A DNA stretch of 32,000 nt. Source: Halomicrobium mukohataei DSM 12286. Lineage in GTDB: Archaea; Halobacteriota; Halobacteria; Halobacteriales; Haloarculaceae. Positions 17,863 through 24,243 of this stretch are shown here, piece by piece (the stretch's first letter is position 1; every line of letters begins with the position of its first letter). Below the pieces are notes generated by a model. It made no database searches, was not told the origin of the DNA, and saw only the letters and a program-made list of their open reading frames with translations. The stretch covers positions 300,001-332,000 of the forward strand of contig NC_013202.1 of NCBI RefSeq assembly GCF_000023965.1, given 5' to 3'. A program made the position numbers and the translations under genes.

Positions 17863-19602
17863 TTACTCTTCGAGGTCCGCGAGGTCCCACTCGCCGGTGA
17901 CGATCGCGCCGGAGTCGGGGTTGTCTGGCTCGACGACCGCCTCGACCATCGCGGGCCCGTCGTGGGCGATCGCGTCGTCGAGGACGGCGTCGAGGTTCTC
18001 GGGCTTGACGACGCGCTCGGCGTAGCCGAGGTTGAACGAGTCGGCCATCGCCATGTAGTCGACCCCCGAGTCCTCGTCGAACTCCGTGTTGAGGACGCGG
18101 TCCCAGCCGTACTTGTCGACCTGGAGGTTCCGGATCGACTTCCAGCCACGGTTGTTGAGGACCAGGTAGGTCACGTCGACGCCGTGTTCGACGGCCGCGG
18201 CCACCTCCTGGTTACACATCAGGAAGCTCCCGTCGCCCTCGACGTCGACGACGGGGCTGTCCGGCTTGCCGAGTTTGGCACCGATGGCCGCCGAGACGCC
18301 AAAGCCCATCGTCGAGAAGCCGCCACAGGAGACGTTCGTCCGGGGCTCGTACACCGGGAACTCGGGGTTGACCGTCTCCTGGGGCTGGCCGGCACTGGAG
18401 ACGACGACGCCGTCTCTGGGCAACACCTCGCGCAGCGACGCCAGCACGCGGGAGATGCTCATCGGGACGCTGTCGTCGTCCCAGCGCTCCTGGACCATCG
18501 CGGCCCACTCGTCCCACAGCTCCTGTATCTCCGCGTAGTAGTCGTTGTCTTCGGTCGAGACCGGCTCCATCCGCTCGCGCAGTTGCTCGGTGAGCTGGCG
18601 AGTGACCACCTTCGCGTCGCCCTGGATGCCGACCTCGATGGGGTAGTTCTTCCCGATCTCCTGGGGGTCGATGTCGACGTGGATCAGCTTGCTCGGCGGG
18701 ATCTCGAAGCTGACGCCCGCCTCGAACGACGAGGTGTGCATATCGGTGAAGCGACAGCCGACGGCGAGGATCGTGTCGGCGTTGGACGCCAGCTCGTTCC
18801 CGGCCGTCGAGCCGATCCACCCCGCGTAGCCGACGAACAGGTCGTGGTCCTCGGGGATGATCCCCTTGGCCTGGAACGTCGGGACGACGGGTGCCTGGAG
18901 GTGTTCGGCCAGCGCTTGCACCTCGTCCCAGGCCTCCGCGAGCATCGTCCCGCCGCCGGGAACGATCACCGGCCGGTCGGCCTCGGCAAGCAGCGTCGCG
19001 GCCTCCGAGACGGTCTCCGGATCGCCACCGGGGCGACTGTGCGGGCGGTGCTTGGTGGGTTCGGGCAGCGTCACGTCGGCGACAGCGCCCTGTACGTCCA
19101 TCGGAACGTCGACGTGAACCGGCCCCGGACGACCGGAGCGGGCGATCTGGAAGGCCCGCCGGAGCACGCGGGGGAGGTGCTCGACGGAGGTGACCTCAAA
19201 GCTCTGTTTCGTGACCGGCTCCATGACGCTCGGGAAGTCGCCGGGCTTCTGGCGTTCGATCTCCTGGAGGATCCCCTGTCCGTACTCGTGGGTCTGTGGC
19301 GCGCCGGTGAAGACGACCATCGGGATCGAGTCGACGTAGGCCGTCGCGACGCCGGTGACCGTGTTGGTCGCACCGGGGCCGATCGAGGTGAAGACGGCCA
19401 GCGGTTCGCCGGTCACGCGGGCGTACCCGTCTGCGAGGTGGGCGGCACCTTGCTCGTGACGCGGCTGGACGACCGATACGTCGGAGTCGTTGAAGGCGTC
19501 GAGCAGGTTCGTGCTCCCGTGGCCGGGAATCCCGACGAGGTACTCGACGCCCTCCTTCTCCAGATACGTGGCGATAATCTCGCCACCGTTCATTCGAGAC
19601 AT
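17863..19602 (-). CDS. thiamine-diphosphate-dependent enzyme of the acetolactate-synthase/IolD/Xsc superfamily; substrate not assignable from sequence alone
   Basis: 579 aa. The N-terminal Pyr domain has the canonical cofactor-activating Glu (PRHEQGAAHLADGYARV). It also shows SIGPGATNTVTGVATAY, ARSGRPGPVHVDVPMDV and the C-terminal ThDP motif VEGDGSFLMCNQE...LVLNN. Confidence 0.9.
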   Translation of the reverse strand: MSRMNGGEIIATYLEKEGVEYLVGIPGHGSTNLLDAFNDSDVSVVQPRHEQGAAHLADGYARVTGEPLAVFTSIGPGATNTVTGVATAYVDSIPMVVFTGAPQTHEYGQGILQEIERQKPGDFPSVMEPVTKQSFEVTSVEHLPRVLRRAFQIARSGRPGPVHVDVPMDVQGAVADVTLPEPTKHRPHSRPGGDPETVSEAATLLAEADRPVIVPGGGTMLAEAWDEVQALAEHLQAPVVPTFQAKGIIPEDHDLFVGYAGWIGSTAGNELASNADTILAVGCRFTDMHTSSFEAGVSFEIPPSKLIHVDIDPQEIGKNYPIEVGIQGDAKVVTRQLTEQLRERMEPVSTEDNDYYAEIQELWDEWAAMVQERWDDDSVPMSISRVLASLREVLPRDGVVVSSAGQPQETVNPEFPVYEPRTNVSCGGFSTMGFGVSAAIGAKLGKPDSPVVDVEGDGSFLMCNQEVAAAVEHGVDVTYLVLNNRGWKSIRNLQVDKYGWDRVLNTEFDEDSGVDYMAMADSFNLGYAERVVKPENLDAVLDDAIAHDGPAMVEAVVEPDNPDSGAIVTGEWDLADLEE

Positions 19603-19625
19603 CTCGTCCGTACTGACGGAACCCC

Positions 19626-19635
19626 AATTATTAAA
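19626..19635 (-). promoter_or_regulatory. TATA-box-like element upstream of the ThDP-enzyme gene
   Basis: Minus-strand tttaataatt is centred about 28 nt upstream of the ATG at 19602. It lies in the 63-nt gap after the F420/LLM gene. Confidence 0.35.
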
Positions 19636-19665
19636 CGTACCTCAAAGCGGACGGCCCGGTCACGC

Positions 19666-20643
19666 TCACAGCGACGGGATGACCTCGTCACCCATCACCT
19701 CGAAGAACCGTTCCGGCTCCGGACTGGTGTTGCCGAGCGCGATCCGGTCGAAGCCCATCTCCGCGTACGCTTCGAGCTGGCCGGCGATCTCGGCGGGGTC
19801 GTCGGCGATGAGGAACTTCGCCTCGACCTGTTCGCGCGTGGCCTTCTCCCCCTCGCGCTCGATCTCTTTCGGGTTCGCCAGCGCGCGGTCGAAGACGTCC
19901 TGCGTGGTCGCCCACCACGGACGGGTCGATTCGCGGGCCCGCTCGCGGTCCTCGTCGTAGGACGCGATCACGAGCAGCGTCGTCTCGATCTGGTCGGGGT
20001 CTCGGCCGGCGTCCGTCGCGTATCGCCTGATCGCCGGGTACATCCGTTCCGTGTACTCCTCGCCGGTCTTGACCGTGATGAATCCGTCCCCGTACTCGCC
20101 GGTCAGCGACGCCGTGCTGGGACCGTTGGCCGCGATCTGTACCTCGGGTCGTTCGTCGGGCATCGTGTAGAGGCGGGCGTCGTCGACCTCGTAGTGCTCG
20201 CCCTCGTAGCTGTAGAAGCCGTCGTTCTCCCAGAGGCCGTGGACGATCTCCAGGGTCTCTTCGAGGCGGTTGCGCCGGACGCCGTAGTCGGGCCACTCGT
20301 GTCCGAGCGGTTTCTCGTTCATCGCCTCGCCGGTCGAGAGCCCGAGGACGACCCGCTCGTCGTGCATCGACTGGAGCGTGGCGAAGGCCTGGGCGACGAG
20401 CGCGGGGTGGTAGTGTTCGCCTGCCGGCGTCACGCACGTCCCGACCGGGAGATCGACGCGCTCGATCGCCGCCCCGAGCCACGACCACGCGAACCCCGCC
20501 TCCGCGTCCGTGTGAAACCAGGGGTGGAAGTGATCCGACGTCCAGATGAAGTCGAACCCGTTCGCCGCAGCGAGCTCGGAGAACGCCAGTAGCTCCGACG
20601 GACTGTACTGCTCCTGGTGGGCCATGTAATCGACTGCGACCAT
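19666..20643 (-). CDS. LLM-class, F420-dependent glucose-6-phosphate-dehydrogenase-family oxidoreductase
   Basis: Start re-set to the ATG at 20643 (MVAVDYMAHQEQYSPSELL). The track ORF from 21039 adds 132 residues that run antisense across the iclR promoter and iclR 5' end. Blocks DYMAHQEQYSPSELL..FIWTSDHFHPW and CVTPAGEHYHPALVAQAFATLQSMHDERVVLGLSTGEAMNE parallel mycobacterial FGD (GYKASAEQFAPRELV..SDHFQPW; VLTPTFRYNPAVIAQAFATM..VFLGVGTGEALNE). The FGD sequence is recalled from memory. Confidence 0.85.
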   Translation of the reverse strand: MVAVDYMAHQEQYSPSELLAFSELAAANGFDFIWTSDHFHPWFHTDAEAGFAWSWLGAAIERVDLPVGTCVTPAGEHYHPALVAQAFATLQSMHDERVVLGLSTGEAMNEKPLGHEWPDYGVRRNRLEETLEIVHGLWENDGFYSYEGEHYEVDDARLYTMPDERPEVQIAANGPSTASLTGEYGDGFITVKTGEEYTERMYPAIRRYATDAGRDPDQIETTLLVIASYDEDRERARESTRPWWATTQDVFDRALANPKEIEREGEKATREQVEAKFLIADDPAEIAGQLEAYAEMGFDRIALGNTSPEPERFFEVMGDEVIPSL

Positions 20644-20774
20644 CGTACTCCCGGATTTCGGCGAGAACCGTATAGCCTTTTCCCTGTGAGACGCGGTCGT
20701 CGTTGCCCCCCGTCGCCGACCCGGATCCGTTTGGCTACCACGAACGCCCCCAATCGTTCGCACTAGCCGAACGA

Positions 20775-20781
20775 CTATATA
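20775..20781 (+). promoter_or_regulatory. TATA-box-like element (CTATATA) of the iclR-family gene
   Basis: Centred 26 nt upstream of the ATG at 20804, which implies a leaderless mRNA. It is immediately preceded by inverted CGAACG/CGTTCG half-sites. Confidence 0.4.
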
Positions 20782-20803
20782 CCACTGGCCTGTACAGCCG
20801 GGC

Positions 20804-21568
20804 ATGGCCAGCGAGCACCAGTCCCGAACGGTGGACGCGGTACAGACGAGCCTGGACATCATCGAGTTCCTCCAGTCGGTCGAGAGCGCCGGGATCACGG
20901 AGATCGCCGACGCGGTGGACCGATCGAAAGGGACGGTCCACGGACACATGGCGACGCTCGTCGACAACGAGTACGTCGTGAACGACGACGGCACGTACCG
21001 GCTGAGTCTCCAGTATCTCGACCTCGCCGAGACGGTCAAAGGCCGTCTCCAGATCTACGACGTGGTGCGCAAGGAGCTGGACGATCTGGCAGAGGAGTGT
21101 GGCGAGCTCGCGCAGTTCGCCACCGAGGAGCACGGAAAGGCGGTGTACATCTACAAGACCGAGGGCGAAGACGCCGTCCAGACCGCGTCGTCGGTCGGCA
21201 ACCGGGCGCATCTCCACTGTCTCTCGCTGGGCAAGGCGATGCTCGCACGGATGGACGAGAGCCGGGTCGAAGCGATCGTCGACGAGCACGGACTGCCGGG
21301 GTTCACCGACGCGACGATCACCACCCGGAGTGAGCTGTTCGAAGAACTCGAAGGGATACGCGAGCGCGGCTACGCCTTCGACCGCGAAGAGCGCATCGAG
21401 GGCCTGCGCTGTGTCGCCGCCCCGATCACGATGAACGACGAAGTGATGGGCGCGATCAGCATCTCCGGGCCGGCCAGTCGCTTCAGCGGACCGCTGTACG
21501 AAGACGAACTCCCGAACCTGGTGACGCGGTCGGCCAACGTCATCGAGATCAACGCGCAGTTCTCCTGA
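20804..21568 (+). CDS. IclR-family transcriptional regulator
   Basis: 254 aa. The N-terminal wHTH reads VQTSLDIIEFLQSVESAGITEIADAVDRSKGTVHGHMATLVDNEYV. The C-terminal IclR effector domain shows LHCLSLGKAMLA, GYAFDREERIEGLRCVAAPI and GAISISGPASR. Confidence 0.92.
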   Translation: MASEHQSRTVDAVQTSLDIIEFLQSVESAGITEIADAVDRSKGTVHGHMATLVDNEYVVNDDGTYRLSLQYLDLAETVKGRLQIYDVVRKELDDLAEECGELAQFATEEHGKAVYIYKTEGEDAVQTASSVGNRAHLHCLSLGKAMLARMDESRVEAIVDEHGLPGFTDATITTRSELFEELEGIRERGYAFDREERIEGLRCVAAPITMNDEVMGAISISGPASRFSGPLYEDELPNLVTRSANVIEINAQFS

Positions 21569-22203
21569 TGCCGTCGGTCGTGCGTCTGTACAGTAGTGCC
21601 GTGTCGGAGGCCAGACCGGCCAGGTGTCGAGCGGTAGAGAGTATGGGTTCGTCTCTCGCAAACGATTTGCCGTCGTTCGGTGACCGGCGGTCGTCTCAGC
21701 GACGACGCACGGAGTCCATCAGGAATAATCACACTGTTTCGACAATAGAATAACACGAGTACCGTTGATACGGGATTGTTTCGTTCCCGCCGCTTCGCAG
21801 AGAACTCGTCGAACGGAATTGCGTTTGGGAGTCGCGAACGTCGCGGTGTCGCGAACGCCGAGAGCGGTACCGAGAGACAGCGAGCGTTTCCTCATCGTCC
21901 CACAGTAGAACCGTCGAGACCGCAGATATCGGGCATCGTCTCGCGGGGCTCGCGAGCGGTCGGCCGCGGGCGCTCGACGCGACGGGCGGGGAAACTGCCG
22001 ACGACGCGGGGCTGTTACGACGGTTTCGTTCGGCCCTCCCGAACAGAGTGGCGGCGACTCGACGCGGTTTCGGACGGGTGCAGGGCGCTGTAGAACAGGG
22101 GACTGCGGATGGTTCGCGGTTGCGGTTCGTACCGTGAGCGATCCTGCGAGGTTCGCGACTCGGGGCCGGGGCGTCGTCGCGGCCGTTCAGCCGACCGCCT
22201 CGA

Positions 22204-23094
22204 TCACTCCGTCAGGAGGTCCCACCGGTCGACGAACAGTCCATCGACGCCCGCGTCGACGAGTCGTCTCGCGGTCTTCGAGTCGTCGACGGTCCACGTG
22301 TTCACCTCGAACCCCTCGGCGTGTGCCCGTTCGACGAAGTCGGTGTCGAGAACGAGGTCGACGCCGGGGTTGACCGCCACGCAGTCCATCTCGTCGGCGA
22401 AAGAGAGGCTCCGTTCCGGGGCGTCACTGACGAGGAAGGCGAGTGCGGCGGCGTCGTCGCGCTCGCGAACCTCGCGGAGCGCGTCCGGCGAGAACGACGA
22501 GAAGAGGACCTCGTTGTCGCACTCGTCGGCGGCGCTAACGACCTCCGCTGCCATGCCGTCGTGCTTGAGCTCGATGTTGACCGCCGTGTCCGACGGGACC
22601 GCCGACAGGAACGCCGAGAGTCGCGGGATGGTCTCCTCGGAGTCGAGGATCGTGAGCTCGCGCAGTTCCTCCCAGTCGGTCGTCGCGACCGGTCCCGTCG
22701 CGTCGGTCAGCCGGTCGAGCTCGTCGTCGTGGAACACGACGAGTTCACCGGAGCCACACCGCTGTACGTCGAACTCGATCATGTCGACGTGTGGTGCGGA
22801 CTGCTCGACGGCGAAGATCGTGTTCTCGGGGTACTGGTCGGCACAGCCGCGGTGACCGATGAGCCGAACGTCGTCCTCCCGAGTGCGCGAAGCCGTCTCG
22901 GTTCCGTGACCCGATCCCCCGGTACAGCCCGCGAGGAGCGTGGCGAGACCTCCGAGCCCCGACCGGACGAGTCCGCGCCGTCCCACCGGGAGAGAGAGCG
23001 GGCGAGCGGGACTCGCTCCGTCGTGCCAGCCTGCGGTGAGAGAGGCTGCTGGCGCGTCCGCACACGGGGCACCGTTCGCGAATGTCGGCCACAT
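22204..23094 (-). CDS. ugpQ: glycerophosphodiester phosphodiesterase (GDPD), predicted Tat-exported lipoprotein
   Basis: The GDPD catalytic N-terminus reads LIGHRGCADQYPENTIFA...IEFDVQRCGSGELVVFHDDEL. The signal is GRRGLVRSGLGGLATLLAGC (twin-Arg plus lipobox). The ATG at 23094 lies 4 nt after the upstream ATPase stop. An alternative GTG at 22986 would give the more canonical signal MGRRGLV. Confidence 0.85.
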   Translation of the reverse strand: MWPTFANGAPCADAPAASLTAGWHDGASPARPLSLPVGRRGLVRSGLGGLATLLAGCTGGSGHGTETASRTREDDVRLIGHRGCADQYPENTIFAVEQSAPHVDMIEFDVQRCGSGELVVFHDDELDRLTDATGPVATTDWEELRELTILDSEETIPRLSAFLSAVPSDTAVNIELKHDGMAAEVVSAADECDNEVLFSSFSPDALREVRERDDAAALAFLVSDAPERSLSFADEMDCVAVNPGVDLVLDTDFVERAHAEGFEVNTWTVDDSKTARRLVDAGVDGLFVDRWDLLTE

Positions 23095-23098
23095 CGTG

Positions 23099-24238
23099 TT
23101 ACTCCGTGACCACCGGTTCGGACTTCGTCGCTTCCGGAGCCGTCGAGTGATACAGCGCGTCGCCCGATCGAGCGTCGAAGAGGTGGAGACGGTCCTCGTC
23201 GAACCCGACCTCGATGGTCTCGCCCGGCTGGATCTCGCTGCGTGGCTCGACTTTGACGTGGATCTCGTCGTCGCCGAGCTGGCAGTGCAGTAACAGCAGC
23301 TCGCCGAGCGGTTCCCTGACCGTGGTCTCGACCGCGAACGTCTCGGCGTCGTCGGGCAGGTTCGAGGCCAGCGAGATGTCCTCCGGTCGAACGCCCATCG
23401 ACACCGAGGAGTCGCTCGCGGTGTCGAGCCCCTCGCCGTCGGGGAGCGAGATGCTGAAGCCGGCGTGGTCGGCGACGTAGTGTCCGTTGCGCTCGTGGAC
23501 GTCCACGGGGAACACGTTCATCGCCGGCTCGCCGATGAACTCCGCGACGAACCGGTTGGCCGGGAAGTCGTACAGCTCCTGCGGTGGCGCGACCTGCTGT
23601 AGTTCGCCCGCGTCGAGGACGGCGACGCGATCGCCCAGCGTCATCGCCTCGGTCTGGTCGTGGGTCACGTAGACCGTCGAGGAGTCGAGCTCCTCGTGGA
23701 GCCTGAGCAGCTCGGCGCGCATCTGGACCCGGAGCTTGGCGTCCAGGTTCGAGAGCGGCTCGTCGAGCAGGAACACCTCCGGCTCGCGGACGATCGCCCG
23801 GCCGATGGCCACGCGCTGGCGCTCCCCACCGGAGAGCTCCTTTGGCTTGCGGTCGAGGAGGTCGGCGATGTCGAGTGTCTCGGCGGCCTCCTCGACGCGC
23901 TGGTCGATCTCATCGCTGGAGAAGTCGCTGACCGACTTCATGCCGAACTTCATGTTCTCGGCGGCGGTCATGTGGGGGTACAGCGCATAGTTCTGGAACA
24001 TCATCGCGATGTCCCGGTCTTTCGGCGGCACGTCGTTGACGACCTCGTCGTCGATCCGCAGGGTCCCGGACGTGATGTCTTCGAGCCCCGCGATCATCCG
24101 CAGGGTCGTCGACTTGCCACACCCCGACGGACCGACCAGCACGAGGAACTCCCCGTCCTGTGCTTCCAGATCGATACCCTTGACTGCGAGTACGTCGTCG
24201 TACTGCTTCTCGAGATCTGTGAGTTGTATCCTTGCCAT
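23099..24238 (-). CDS. ugpC: ABC transporter ATP-binding protein (UgpC/MalK type)
   Basis: Start re-set to the ATG at 24238 (MARIQLTDLEKQY). It shows Walker A GPSGCGKST, signature LSGGERQRV and Walker B FLLDEPLSNLD, plus a C-terminal regulatory/TOBE-like domain. The track extension to 24673 overlaps the permease gene in another frame. Confidence 0.93.
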   Translation of the reverse strand: MARIQLTDLEKQYDDVLAVKGIDLEAQDGEFLVLVGPSGCGKSTTLRMIAGLEDITSGTLRIDDEVVNDVPPKDRDIAMMFQNYALYPHMTAAENMKFGMKSVSDFSSDEIDQRVEEAAETLDIADLLDRKPKELSGGERQRVAIGRAIVREPEVFLLDEPLSNLDAKLRVQMRAELLRLHEELDSSTVYVTHDQTEAMTLGDRVAVLDAGELQQVAPPQELYDFPANRFVAEFIGEPAMNVFPVDVHERNGHYVADHAGFSISLPDGEGLDTASDSSVSMGVRPEDISLASNLPDDAETFAVETTVREPLGELLLLHCQLGDDEIHVKVEPRSEIQPGETIEVGFDEDRLHLFDARSGDALYHSTAPEATKSEPVVTE

Positions 24239-24243
24239 AGTAA

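Noticed and set aside
16349-18025. 558-aa plus-strand ORF
   Set aside because: It is antisense to the aldehyde dehydrogenase and the ThDP-enzyme 3' end. Shadow ORF.
17314-20592. 1092-aa plus-strand ORF spanning the ALDH, ThDP and F420/LLM loci
   Set aside because: It is antisense to three well-supported genes. It is extremely Arg-rich, unlike the acidic proteome, and has no domains. Shadow ORF.
20644-21039. N-terminal 132-residue extension of the LLM oxidoreductase ORF
   Set aside because: It runs antisense through the iclR promoter and 5' coding region. FGD-family homology starts at MVAVDYMAHQEQ (ATG at 20643).
21725-21895. 56-codon minus-strand ORF (MRKRSLSLGTALGVRDTATF...) in the iclR/GDPD spacer (coordinates given from start to end on the minus strand)
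   Set aside because: It is too short, has a basic composition, and drifts into AT-rich sequence without coding bias. It may be a remnant of a signal-peptide gene but cannot be supported as a gene.
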